A stretch of DNA of 64,000 nt from Anaerolineae bacterium (GTDB lineage: Bacteria > Chloroflexota > Anaerolineae > S140-20), in the NCBI GenBank assembly GCA_027021705.1, contig JALUTT010000005.1, forward strand, positions 10,838-74,837, written 5' to 3'. Position 1 is the first letter of the stretch; each line of letters begins with the position of its first letter. Positions 41,273-51,275 of the stretch are shown here, piece after piece. Under the pieces are notes generated by a model. That model was not told the origin of the DNA and ran no database searches. It saw only the letters and a program-made list of their open reading frames with translations. The position numbers were made by a program, and so were the translations under genes.

Positions 41273-44200
41273 ATGACGACGCAACGGTCTCGCCGCTGGA
41301 TCGCTCTGGGAGGCCTGGTCACCATCGCCCTGATCGCGATGGTCGCCGGCCTGGCTCGGCGGGGGCAACCGTCTGCCTCCCCTACCCCCTCTTCGGTTCC
41401 CATCGTCCTCCAGACGGCCACGCCTCGTCCATCACCCACGCCGCTGCCCACGCCCCCGCCGGTGGGCTACACCCCTGTCCCGCCGGACACGGTGCCGGCC
41501 CTCGTCATCCAGCGCAGCCCCGAGGCGGGCCGAGAACTCCCCCTCGACGGCACCATTGAGCTGGTCTTCGACCGCCCGATGGATCCGCAGACCGTCGAGG
41601 CGGCCCTCCGGTTCTACCCGCCTGTGGAGGGCACCCTCCGGTGGGTGGATCGGCGCACCCTCCGCTTCCGGCCCAGCACCCCCCTGCAGCGGGGAGCGGT
41701 CTACGATCTGGTGCTGACCCAGGCCGCCCGCGCCGCCGACGGCGCTCCCCTCAACCAGGCCTATCGCTTCCGCTTCCAGACTGTGGGCTTCTTGGAGGTC
41801 GCCCAGGTGGTCCCCGCCGACGGCACCCAGGAGGTGGACCCCGCCAGCGCCACCATCACCGTCCTCTTCAACCGGCCCGTCGTGCCCCTGAAGGCGCTGG
41901 AGGAGCAGGGGGACCTCCCCCAGCCCCTCACCCTTTGCACCGGCGACCCCTGCACCCCCGTCCCCGGCCACGGGGAGTGGGTGAACACGTCCATCTACCG
42001 CTTCGTGCCCGAGGGACCGCTGGCCGGCGGCACCGTCTACACCGCCCGCATCGCCGCCGGCCTGACCGACACCACCGGCGGCCTCCTGGCCGAGGACTTT
42101 GTCTGGCACTTCGCCACGGCCGCCCCCCAGGTCGTCCAGGTCTCCCCCGCCGACGAGTCCGCCCTGGTCCCGGTGGACCGCCCCATCATCGTCCGCTTCA
42201 ACCAGCCGGTGGACCCGGCCTCGGCCCAGGCCGCCTTCCGCATCAGCCCGGCCGTCGTCGGCACCTTCCAGGTGCTGACCGACACGCTGACCTTCACGCC
42301 CACCCAGCCGATGGCCTTCGACACCACCTACCAGGTGACGGTCGAGGCCGGCGTCACCAGCGCGGCCGGCGGCCGGGGGATGGCTGCGCCCTACCGCTGG
42401 CGCTTCAGGACGGTCCCCTTGCCGCGCATCCTCGACACCAAGCCCCGCGACGGCGAGGAGGCTGCCGACCCCTACGCCCCCTTCCAGATCCGCTTCAACG
42501 CGCCCATTGACCCGGCCACCGTGATGCCCAACCTCACGGTGACACCTCCTCTCTCGCCCACCCAGGTCTACACCTACTTCAACCCCTCGGACAACACCTT
42601 CGTCCTCTACTTCGGGGCGGAGCCCTCCACCGACTACGAGGTGCGCATCGGCCCCCACATCGCCGACCCTTACGGCAACGAGACGGGCCAGTCCCTCACC
42701 GTCCGCTTCCGCACCGCCCCCCTGGAGCCCGAGGTCCGCCTCTTCACCCCCGGCGTGGGCACCTACAGCGCCTACCGACCGGCCCGCCTCTACATCCAGG
42801 CGCTCAACGTCTCCCGCCTGGAGGCCCGTCTCTACCGCCTGGACCTCGACCGGATGATCCCTTCCCTGTCGAAGGGGTGGTACGACTTCACCCCGCCCGA
42901 TTCCGCCCTCCTGCGCCGGTGGTCCCAGCCCGTCGAGGCCCCCCAGAACAAGGCGGTCTTCCAGCGGCTGGACCTGAGCGAGGATGGGGGGCCGCTGCCT
43001 GCCGGCCTCTACTGGTTGGAGGTGTCGGCGCCGGAACTCCCGCCCGACCGCTGGCGACGGGTGCGGCTCCTGCTCGTCGTCACGCCCGTCAATCTGACCC
43101 TCAAGGCGAGCCCCCGTGAGGTCCTCGTCTGGGCCACGGACCTGGCCACCGGCGAGCCCGTCGCCGGGCTTCCCCTCACCCTCTACGGACGCGAAGGGGA
43201 GGTCATCGCCCAGGCCACGACCGACGGGCAGGGGCTGGCCACCATCGCCCGGCCTGCCCGGACGGAGGGCTACGGCCTGTGGGTGGTGAGCCGCGAGCCC
43301 TTCAGCGCCGCCAGCACCGACTGGGGCATGGGCATCAGCCCCTGGGACTTCGGGCTGGAGCCGGGGTACGGGATGGCGGCCTACCGCGTCTACGTCTACA
43401 CCGACCGTCCCATCTACCGACCCGACCAGACTGTCCACTTCCGGGGCATCGTCCGGGCCGAGGAGGACGTCCGCTACAGCCTCCCCGCCGGCCTGCGGCA
43501 GGTCCACGTGACCGTGCGAGATGCCGCCTACGAGGTGGTCTACGAGGAGACGCTTCCCCTCAGCGAATTCGGCACCTTCCACGGTGAGGTGGCGCTCTCC
43601 CCCACGGCCGCCCTAGGCCAGTACATCATCGAGGTCACCTTCCAGGACCAGGGGTACAGCACCAGCTTCCTGGTGGCCGCCTACCGCCCACCCCAGTTCG
43701 AGGTGACGGTCACGCCCGATGCCCCGGAGATCGTCCAAGGTCAGGGAACTTCGGTGACGGTGGAGGCCCGCTACTTCTTCGGCGCTCCCCTGACCAACGC
43801 CCCTGTGGAGTGGAACCTGCTGGCCGAGACCTACCGCTTCCAGCCCCCTTGGGGCGGACGCTACCGCTTCAGCGACCCCGACGATCCGTGGGTCTGCTTC
43901 GACTGCTGGTGGTGGCGGGAGCCCCCGGTGCCGGAACCGATCCTCAGCGGTCAGGGCCGGACCGACGCCCAGGGCCGGCTGGTCATCACCCTGCCGGAGG
44001 CGCTCCAGTGGCCCGACGGCCGGCCCATCACCACCAGCGTCCGCCTCACCCTGGAGGCCACCGTCACCGGCCCCGACAACCAGGTGATCGCCGGCCGGGG
44101 GGAGATCATCCGTCACCAGGGCCGCTTCTACATCGGCCTGGCCCCCCGCCGGTACGTGGGCGAGGCCGGCCGGGAGATGAGCGTGGACCTGGTGGCGGTG

Positions 44201-47200
44201 GACTGGGAGGGGAACCGACTGCCCGGCCAGGAGATCGTCGTCCAGGTCTCCCGGTGCGAGTGGATCAACACCTTTGTCGAGGAGCCGGGAGGTGGGCACT
44301 GGGAGTGGGAGACCCGGGAGACGCCCATCACCACGGTCACCGTCACCACCGACGGACGGGGGGAGGCCGTCGTCAACTTCACGCCCCCGGAGGGAGGCTC
44401 CTACCACGTCGTGGCCCTGGGGAAGGACGAGGGAGGGCGCACCGTCCGATCCGGCCTCTTCCTCTGGGTCAGCGGACCGGGCTACGTCTCCTGGCGGCGG
44501 GAGAACCACGACCGCATCACGCTGATCACGGACAAGAGCAGCTACCGGCCCGGCGAGACGGCCGAGATCCTGATCCCCTCCCCCTTCCAGGGGCCGCACT
44601 GGGCGCTGGTGACGGTTGAGCGGGGCACCCTCCGCCGCTACGAACTGGTCCGTATGGAGAGCAACAGCCAGGTCTACCGGCTGCCCCTCACCGCCGAGGA
44701 CGTGCCCAACGTCTACGTCTCCGTCGTGCTGGTCCAGGGGGAGGAGGCCACCGGACGGGCGGCCGACTACAAGGTGGGCTACGTGCCCTTGACCGTGGAG
44801 CCGGTGCCTCAGACCCTGCGGATCACGCTGACCCCCGACCGGGAACAGGCCGGGCCGGGGGAGGCGGTGCGCTACCGGGTTCGGGTGACGGACGCCGAGG
44901 GGGAGCCGGTCCGGGCGGAGCTCTCGCTGGACCTGGTGGACAAGGCGGTGCTGAGCCTCCAGCCCCGCGAGCCGGAGGCCATCGTTCAAGCCTTCTACGG
45001 CCGGCGTCCCCTGGCGGTGCAGACGGCCAGCGGCCTGGCCCTCGCCCTCAACCGGATGGTGCCCCAGGAGGTCGAGGAGCAGGTACGAGAGGTCAAGACG
45101 GTCGCCCAGGAGGAGGTCCTCCCGGCGGCCCCGGCTCCTACCGAAGGGCCGATGGAGAGGCCGGGGGCGGTCGAGAAGATGGCGGAAGCCGAGACCTTGG
45201 CCGCTGCACCACCGCCGGAGGTGAACGTCCGCCAGGAGTTCGCCGACACCGCCTTCTGGCAGCCCGACCTGGTGACCGACGAGCGGGGAGAGGCGGAGGT
45301 GACGGTGACGCTGCCCGACAACCTGACCACCTGGGTGATGCGGGGTGTTGGCCTGACGGCGGAGACCCAGGTGGGCGAGGCGACGGTGGAAGTGGTGGCG
45401 ACGAAGCCGCTCCTGATCCAGCCGATCACGCCCCGCTTCTTCGTCGTCGGCGACCGGGTGGCCCTGGCCGCCACCGTTCACAACAACACGGACCAGACCC
45501 AGGAGGCGACGGTCACCCTCTACGGCAGCGGCGTCACGCTGGACACGGAGCGCACCCCCGGCCCGGAGCAGCGGGTGACGCTGCCGGCCGGCGGCGAGGC
45601 CAAGGTGACCTGGTGGGTGACGGTGGAAGATGCCCTCTACGCCGACCTCACCTTCGTCGTCCGGGGGGATGGCTACGAGGATGCCAGCAAGCCCCGGCTG
45701 GCGACCGGCCCCGACCAGACGCTGCCCATCTACCGCTACAGCGTGCCCGAGGTGGTGGCGACGGGTGGGCAACTGGAGGCGGCCGGCTCCCGCACCGAGG
45801 TGATCGCCCTCCCCCCACGATACAACGACCGCCAGGGGGAGCTGACGATCCGCCTGGACCCCTCACTGGCGGCGGCGACACGGGAGGGGCTGCGCTACCT
45901 GGAGCGCTTCCCCTACGAGTGCACCGAGCAGATCGTCTCCCGCTTCCTGCCCAACGTCCTGACCTACCGGACGCTGCGGAAGCTGGGGATCGCCGATCCT
46001 GAGCTGGAGGCCCGGCTGCCCGCCCTGGTCGAGGAGGGGCTGGAGAAGCTCTATCGGCGGCAGAACGAGGATGGGGGCTGGGGCTGGTGGCCCGACGACG
46101 AAAGCAACCCCACCCTCTCCGCCTACGTCCTCTTCGGGCTGCTCCAGGCCCAGGAGGCCGGCTTCCCCGTCCGGGACGACGTGCTGGAGCGGGGGCTCAC
46201 CTACTTGGAGGCGCAGGTGGAGCCGGCCCGCCGGCTGGAGGCGAGCGCCCAGGCCAACCGGCAGGCTTTCTTCCTCTTCGTCCTGGCCGAGGCGGGCCGG
46301 CCCGACGAGGCGGCGATGGATGCCCTCTTCCGGCGGCGGGAGATGCTGGGCCTCTACGCCCGCGCCTACCTGGCGATGGGGCTGGGCCGGGCGGCGGGGG
46401 CCGAGGACCCGCGCGTCACCACCCTCCTCTCCGACCTGAACAACGCCGTCATCCTCAGCGCCACGGGAGCCCACTGGGAGGAGCGGGAGGTGGACTGGTG
46501 GGCGATGAACACCGACACCCGCTCGACGGCGATCATCCTGGAGGCGCTGGTGCGGCTGGACCCGGAGAACGGGCTGCTGCCCAACGTCGTCCGCTGGCTG
46601 ATGGTGGCCCGGCGGGATGGGCACTGGGAGACGACCCAGGAGACGGCCTGGGCGCTCATCGCGCTGACCGACTGGATGGCGCGGACAGGAGAGTTGGAAG
46701 GGGCTTACGACTATGCCCTCTGGCTGAACGATGAGGAGCTGGCGACAGGGACGGTGACCCCGGCAACGGTGGACGAGCCGGTGACGTTGCAGGTGGCGGT
46801 GGCCGATCTGCTGCGGGATGTGGGGAACCGGCTGACGGTGGCCCGGAGCGAGGGGCCGGGCCGGCTCTACTACACGGCGCACCTGCGGGTCTTCCTCCCC
46901 GTCGAGGAGGTGGAGCCACTGGACCGGGGGATCATCGTCCGTCGGCGCTACACCCTGGCCGACTGCGAGGAAGGCCCCGCCTGTCCCGACGTGCGGGAGG
47001 TGCGGGTGGGCGATGTGATCCGGGTGGACCTGACCATTATCGCGCCCAACGACCTCTACTACGTCGTCGTCGAGGACCCGCTGCCGGCGGGGGCGGAGGC
47101 GATTGACACGGGGCTGGCGACGACGAGCCTGCTGGAGGGCGGGCCGGCCCTGCGCCGTCGGACGGAGCGGGGGGCGTGGTGGGAGTCCTTCTACGCCTGG

Positions 47201-47422
47201 TGGTGGCGCTGGTACAGCCGGAGCGAGCTGCGGGACGAGAAGGTGGTGCTCTTCGCCGACTACCTGCCCCGGGGCACCTACGAGTACAGCTACACGATGC
47301 GGGCGGTGCAGCCGGGCGAGTACCGGGTCATCCCACCCACGGCGAGGGAATTCTACTTCCCGGAGGTGCAGGGGCGGGGAGCGGGCCGGTTGTTGACGGT
47401 GACCGAACCCTTGAATCACTGA
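41273..47422 (+). CDS. Alpha-2-macroglobulin family protein with N-terminal Ig-like domains
   Basis: TM anchor, Big_5-like domains, YTDRPIYRP, LPDNLTTW, thioester PYECTEQ, DGGWGWW, TTQETAW, EDPLPAG; ATG 41273 after AAGGAGG. Confidence 0.92.
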   Translation: MTTQRSRRWIALGGLVTIALIAMVAGLARRGQPSASPTPSSVPIVLQTATPRPSPTPLPTPPPVGYTPVPPDTVPALVIQRSPEAGRELPLDGTIELVFDRPMDPQTVEAALRFYPPVEGTLRWVDRRTLRFRPSTPLQRGAVYDLVLTQAARAADGAPLNQAYRFRFQTVGFLEVAQVVPADGTQEVDPASATITVLFNRPVVPLKALEEQGDLPQPLTLCTGDPCTPVPGHGEWVNTSIYRFVPEGPLAGGTVYTARIAAGLTDTTGGLLAEDFVWHFATAAPQVVQVSPADESALVPVDRPIIVRFNQPVDPASAQAAFRISPAVVGTFQVLTDTLTFTPTQPMAFDTTYQVTVEAGVTSAAGGRGMAAPYRWRFRTVPLPRILDTKPRDGEEAADPYAPFQIRFNAPIDPATVMPNLTVTPPLSPTQVYTYFNPSDNTFVLYFGAEPSTDYEVRIGPHIADPYGNETGQSLTVRFRTAPLEPEVRLFTPGVGTYSAYRPARLYIQALNVSRLEARLYRLDLDRMIPSLSKGWYDFTPPDSALLRRWSQPVEAPQNKAVFQRLDLSEDGGPLPAGLYWLEVSAPELPPDRWRRVRLLLVVTPVNLTLKASPREVLVWATDLATGEPVAGLPLTLYGREGEVIAQATTDGQGLATIARPARTEGYGLWVVSREPFSAASTDWGMGISPWDFGLEPGYGMAAYRVYVYTDRPIYRPDQTVHFRGIVRAEEDVRYSLPAGLRQVHVTVRDAAYEVVYEETLPLSEFGTFHGEVALSPTAALGQYIIEVTFQDQGYSTSFLVAAYRPPQFEVTVTPDAPEIVQGQGTSVTVEARYFFGAPLTNAPVEWNLLAETYRFQPPWGGRYRFSDPDDPWVCFDCWWWREPPVPEPILSGQGRTDAQGRLVITLPEALQWPDGRPITTSVRLTLEATVTGPDNQVIAGRGEIIRHQGRFYIGLAPRRYVGEAGREMSVDLVAVDWEGNRLPGQEIVVQVSRCEWINTFVEEPGGGHWEWETRETPITTVTVTTDGRGEAVVNFTPPEGGSYHVVALGKDEGGRTVRSGLFLWVSGPGYVSWRRENHDRITLITDKSSYRPGETAEILIPSPFQGPHWALVTVERGTLRRYELVRMESNSQVYRLPLTAEDVPNVYVSVVLVQGEEATGRAADYKVGYVPLTVEPVPQTLRITLTPDREQAGPGEAVRYRVRVTDAEGEPVRAELSLDLVDKAVLSLQPREPEAIVQAFYGRRPLAVQTASGLALALNRMVPQEVEEQVREVKTVAQEEVLPAAPAPTEGPMERPGAVEKMAEAETLAAAPPPEVNVRQEFADTAFWQPDLVTDERGEAEVTVTLPDNLTTWVMRGVGLTAETQVGEATVEVVATKPLLIQPITPRFFVVGDRVALAATVHNNTDQTQEATVTLYGSGVTLDTERTPGPEQRVTLPAGGEAKVTWWVTVEDALYADLTFVVRGDGYEDASKPRLATGPDQTLPIYRYSVPEVVATGGQLEAAGSRTEVIALPPRYNDRQGELTIRLDPSLAAATREGLRYLERFPYECTEQIVSRFLPNVLTYRTLRKLGIADPELEARLPALVEEGLEKLYRRQNEDGGWGWWPDDESNPTLSAYVLFGLLQAQEAGFPVRDDVLERGLTYLEAQVEPARRLEASAQANRQAFFLFVLAEAGRPDEAAMDALFRRREMLGLYARAYLAMGLGRAAGAEDPRVTTLLSDLNNAVILSATGAHWEEREVDWWAMNTDTRSTAIILEALVRLDPENGLLPNVVRWLMVARRDGHWETTQETAWALIALTDWMARTGELEGAYDYALWLNDEELATGTVTPATVDEPVTLQVAVADLLRDVGNRLTVARSEGPGRLYYTAHLRVFLPVEEVEPLDRGIIVRRRYTLADCEEGPACPDVREVRVGDVIRVDLTIIAPNDLYYVVVEDPLPAGAEAIDTGLATTSLLEGGPALRRRTERGAWWESFYAWWWRWYSRSELRDEKVVLFADYLPRGTYEYSYTMRAVQPGEYRVIPPTAREFYFPEVQGRGAGRLLTVTEPLNH

Positions 47423-47455
47423 ATCACTGAGGATGATGAAGCCACTGAGTTGCGA

Positions 47456-47763
47456 GAGGCCGGGCCGCCAATCCGTTGATAGCCGTCCGCGCCGGTGAAG
47501 GTAGCCCGGGAGTATCACGAAGGGCACGACGGACACAAAGGGGAATCCGTTCAATCCGCTCCCCTAATCCGTTGACAGCCGTCCGCTTTGGAACGGATGG
47601 CTGTCAACGGATTTGAGAACGGATTGAGCGGATGGGAGGCACAGTCCTCGGTCCTCAGTCCTCAGTCCGCCGCCAAGCCGCCAGCCGCTATGCCGCTAGG
47701 CCGCTAAGCCGCCCTGGAACGGATCGCTGTCAACGGATTTGAGAACGGATTGAGCGGATGGGA
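47456..47763. repeat. Composite intergenic repeat cluster
   Basis: AATCCGTT..GACAG units in both orientations forming a long hairpin (~47544-47633); (CAGTCCT)n/(GCCGCTA)n block at 47641-47712. Confidence 0.75.
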
Positions 47764-47912
47764 GATGGGCACTCCCCCTCGCCTCGCCGAACCTCGCGCC
47801 GCGCATTGGGCCGGCGGTGGTTCCGCCGGCGGGTTTGGCTCCATCTCGCACCGCCCGAGGCTGAGGCCGTCGGGCTGAGAAGGGGAAAGCCCTGCGGGCT
47901 GACCGCACCAGG

Positions 47913-48072
47913 GTGACTGTTCCAAGTTCGGTGACATTCCCTAGATCACCCCACTGGGGTAGCGAAAACGGGGTCGGAAGGCGGTGCTCGCCCCACATAC
48001 GGGCTGTGGAGGGGGAGAACATCAGGTCTGTGCCCCACCACTTGGGATTTTCACCAGTTGTGGAACAGTCAC
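47913..48072. mobile_element. 160-bp MITE-like element
   Basis: Perfect 12-bp terminal IR GTGACTGTTCCA/TGGAACAGTCAC extending imperfectly to ~32 bp. Confidence 0.55.
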
Positions 48073-48087
48073 GGGCGTTAGGAGGAG

Positions 48088-48115
48088 TTGACACGGGCGG
48101 CAAAACCGCTAAACT
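48088..48115 (+). promoter_or_regulatory. sigma70-type promoter upstream of SCP2
   Basis: TTGACA-N16-TAAACT. Confidence 0.55.
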
Positions 48116-48221
48116 ATCTGTGGCGAGGCGACGAGGGGCCAAGGCGACGAGGTCTGCATTTCTGCTCCCCGCCTCGCGATCACCCGTTCCCGTCCACAGG
48201 CACAAGCAAAAGGAGGAAACG

Positions 48222-48542
48222 ATGGCTCCCACAACCGTCCAGGAAGCGTTGAACCGCCTCACCGAGCTGGACCCGGCGAAGATCAAGGAGATCAACGGCG
48301 TCATCCTCTTCGACCTGACCGGGGAGGGCGGCGGCCAGTGGACGTTGACGCTGGCCGAGGGGAAGGCGACGCTGGAGCCCGGCAGCCCTTCCTCGCCCAC
48401 CGTGACCCTCTCAATGAGCGCTCAGGACTTCCTTGCCTTGTCCCGAGGGGAGCTGAACCCGGTCGGTGCCTTTATGCAGGGCAAGCTCAAGGTCACCGGC
48501 GATATGGGGCTGGCGATGAAGCTCCAGAATATCCTCGGGTAG
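48222..48542 (+). CDS. SCP2 sterol/lipid-binding domain protein
   Basis: FDLTGEGGGQW, LNPVGAFMQGKLKVTGDMGLAMKL; AGGAGG RBS. Confidence 0.9.
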   Translation: MAPTTVQEALNRLTELDPAKIKEINGVILFDLTGEGGGQWTLTLAEGKATLEPGSPSSPTVTLSMSAQDFLALSRGELNPVGAFMQGKLKVTGDMGLAMKLQNILG

Positions 48543-48744
48543 CGCTCCTGCGCCGGCACCCTGATGACCTACCAGGTCATCATCCTCCAGCCCGTGCGGG
48601 AGCAGCTTGATCAATTACCCCAACACGTTCGTGGCAGGACCCTCAGGGGCATCGCCGCCCTAAAGGGGAATCCACGCCTCCGTGGCCATAGACCGAAAGG
48701 CCACGAGAACGCAGATCGTATCCGAGGCAGAAAAGGGGGCTGAG

Positions 48745-49227
48745 ATGAGCCGTGGGAATGGTGCCATTGACCTCTCCCCGATGGAGGAGGTTTTCGCCCG
48801 ATATGCCGATCAACCCAACGCCCTGATCCCTATCTTGCAGCAGACTCAGGCGCTCTACGGCTACCTGCCGAGGGAGGCCCTGGAACGGATCGCGGAGAGG
48901 CTGCGAATCTCCCTGGCCAAGGTCTACGGCGTGGCCACCTTCTACGCCCAGTTCTACCTGGAGCGCCGGGGAAGACACGTGCTCAAGCTGTGCGATGGGA
49001 CGGCCTGCCACGTGAAAGGGACACCCACCCTGCTGGTGGCCGTCGAGGAGGAGTTCAACATTGGTCCCGGTGAGACGACGGAGGACGGTCAACTGACCGT
49101 GGAGATCGTCTATTGTCTGGGCTCCTGCGCGCTGGCCCCCGTCGCCGTCCTTGACGAGCGCGTGATGGGTCGGATGCGACCGGAGATGCTGGTACGCCGG
49201 GTGAAACGGCAGATCGGGGCCCGATAG
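48745..49227 (+). CDS. NuoE/HydC-like 2Fe-2S subunit of the formate dehydrogenase complex
   Basis: YGVATFYAQF, CDGTACHVKG, CLGSCALAP. Confidence 0.9.
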   Translation: MSRGNGAIDLSPMEEVFARYADQPNALIPILQQTQALYGYLPREALERIAERLRISLAKVYGVATFYAQFYLERRGRHVLKLCDGTACHVKGTPTLLVAVEEEFNIGPGETTEDGQLTVEIVYCLGSCALAPVAVLDERVMGRMRPEMLVRRVKRQIGAR

Positions 49228-49351
49228 TCTCCCCCGGGCAGTGAAGCCCTCGGGCGTTCTACAAGGGATGCCCGCCGGGCCTGTGGCTGCGCGAAGGGGG
49301 AGGCCGCCGGAGCGACCCGGTCGCCCTTCGACCTCGCGAAAGGAGAGCCAG

Positions 49352-51256
49352 ATGGTAGCAGCGGAAAGGGAAGCTCTTTCGACCAGGCGGGAACAGGCGA
49401 AGCGGCACTGGCAGGAGAAGGTGAACGCCGATCTCTACATCACCATCGGCATGGGAACCTGTGGCTTGGCCGCCGGTGCCGGAGAAACGCTGACCGCGGT
49501 CGAAGCAGAGCTCAAGAGGCGAAACCTGCAAGCCAGGATCAGTCAGGTCGGTTGCGTGGGGATGTGCTCCTACGAGCCGATGATCGAGATCCAGGCGCGG
49601 GGCCGGCCCCGGATCAACTACGGAAATGCGGTGGCGGGCAACGTGCCGGAGGTCTTTGCGGCCTACTTCGAGGGAGCCCCCCTGCGCAAGAGCGTCGTCG
49701 TCGGCGAGGCCGTCTCCATCCTCATCCGGGGGAATGGCCACGCCTTGCACTCGCTGAGCTTCGTTGACCCCGATACCCACGAGAAGATCCCCTTCCACCG
49801 CAAACAGTTGCGCATTGTACTGAGCAACTGCGGGCTGATCAACCCCGAGTCCATTGACGACTACCTGGCCGTCGGAGGCTACGAGGCGCTGGAGAAGGTG
49901 CTCACCTCGATGACCCCCGAGGAGGTGATCGAAGAGGTGAGGCAGTCGGGGCTGCGGGGCCGGGGCGGCGGTGGGTTCCCCACCGGCCTGAAGTGGAAGT
50001 TTGCCCGCCAGACCCAGAAGTGGCCCAAGTACGTCATCTGCAACGCCGACGAGGGCGACCCAGGGGCCTTTATGGACCGCTCTGTGCTCGAAGGGGACCC
50101 CCACTCGGTGATCGAGGGGATGATCATCGCCGGGTACGCCATCGGTGCCAGCCAGGGCTACATCTATTGCCGGGCCGAGTATCCCCTGGCCATCAAACGG
50201 CTGAAGATCGCCCTGGCCCAGGCTCGGGAGCTGGGCCTGCTGGGCGAGCGGATCCTGGGCTCCGACTTCAGCTTCGACATCACCATCGCGGAGGGGGCTG
50301 GGGCCTTCGTCTGCGGAGAGGAGACCGCCCTGATGGCCTCGATCCAGGGAGAGCGGGGGCAACCCCGGCCTCGCCCGCCCTATCCCGCCGTCTCCGGGCT
50401 ATGGGGACAGCCCAGCAACGTCAACAACGTGAAGAGCTACGCTTACGTGCCGCGCATCATCCGCTTGGGGGCCGACTGGTTCCGTGGCCTGGGCACGGAG
50501 CGCAGCCCCGGCACCGCCGTCTTCACCCTCACCGGTATGGTCAACCGCACCGGGTTGATCGAGGTGCCGATGGGGATCACGTTGCGCGAGATCATCTACG
50601 ACGTGGGCGGAGGCATCCCCCAAGGGAAGCAGTTCAAAGCAGTGCAGACGGGAGGCCCCCTAGGGGGATGTCTGCCGGAGGCTCACCTGGACACGCCGGT
50701 GGATTTCGACTCGCTCCAGGCAGTAGGGGCGGTGATGGGCTCTGGGGGTATGATCATCGCCGACGAGACGACCTGCATGGTGGAGTTCGCCCAGTTCTTC
50801 ACCAAGTTCGTCTGCGACGAGAGCTGTGGCAAGTGCCCCCCGTGCCGCATCGGGAGCACCCGGATGCAGGAAGTCCTGGAGCGCATCACGGCGGGGGAGG
50901 GGAAGCCCGAGGACCTGGACGAGATCCGATGGCTGGCCCAAGGGATGCAGAAGGCTTCCCTGTGCGCCTTGGGGCAGTTGGCTCCCTCGCCGGTCATTTC
51001 GACGCTGCGCCACTTCGAGGAGGAGTACCGGGCACACATCGAGGAGAAGCGCTGCCCGGCCGGGAAGTGTCGCGCCCTGATCACCTACGAGATCGTGGCA
51101 GAGCTTTGCACGGGCTGCATGGTGTGCGCCCGCTACTGCCCGGCCGGGGCCATCCAGGGGAAGAAACGCCAGCCCCACGTCATAGACCCGGACCTCTGCG
51201 AGCGCTGCGGCCTGTGCAAGGAAGTCTGCAACTTCAACGCAGTCATCGTCATCTGA
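49352..51256 (+). CDS. NuoF/HydB-like FMN/NADH-binding subunit with N-terminal Trx-like 2Fe-2S and C-terminal 2x4Fe-4S
   Basis: GTCG, GCVGMC, LRGRGGGGF, NADEGDPGAFMDR, GAFVCGEETAL, ESCGKCPPCR, CTGCMVC..CP, CERCGLC. Confidence 0.92.
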   Translation: MVAAEREALSTRREQAKRHWQEKVNADLYITIGMGTCGLAAGAGETLTAVEAELKRRNLQARISQVGCVGMCSYEPMIEIQARGRPRINYGNAVAGNVPEVFAAYFEGAPLRKSVVVGEAVSILIRGNGHALHSLSFVDPDTHEKIPFHRKQLRIVLSNCGLINPESIDDYLAVGGYEALEKVLTSMTPEEVIEEVRQSGLRGRGGGGFPTGLKWKFARQTQKWPKYVICNADEGDPGAFMDRSVLEGDPHSVIEGMIIAGYAIGASQGYIYCRAEYPLAIKRLKIALAQARELGLLGERILGSDFSFDITIAEGAGAFVCGEETALMASIQGERGQPRPRPPYPAVSGLWGQPSNVNNVKSYAYVPRIIRLGADWFRGLGTERSPGTAVFTLTGMVNRTGLIEVPMGITLREIIYDVGGGIPQGKQFKAVQTGGPLGGCLPEAHLDTPVDFDSLQAVGAVMGSGGMIIADETTCMVEFAQFFTKFVCDESCGKCPPCRIGSTRMQEVLERITAGEGKPEDLDEIRWLAQGMQKASLCALGQLAPSPVISTLRHFEEEYRAHIEEKRCPAGKCRALITYEIVAELCTGCMVCARYCPAGAIQGKKRQPHVIDPDLCERCGLCKEVCNFNAVIVI

Positions 51257-51275
51257 CCGCGGGAGGGTGAACGCG

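Noticed and set aside
48562..48582. Palindrome TGATGACCT-ACC-AGGTCATCA upstream of the fdh genes
   Set aside because: Cannot distinguish operator, terminator or REP; it does not match the Rex box
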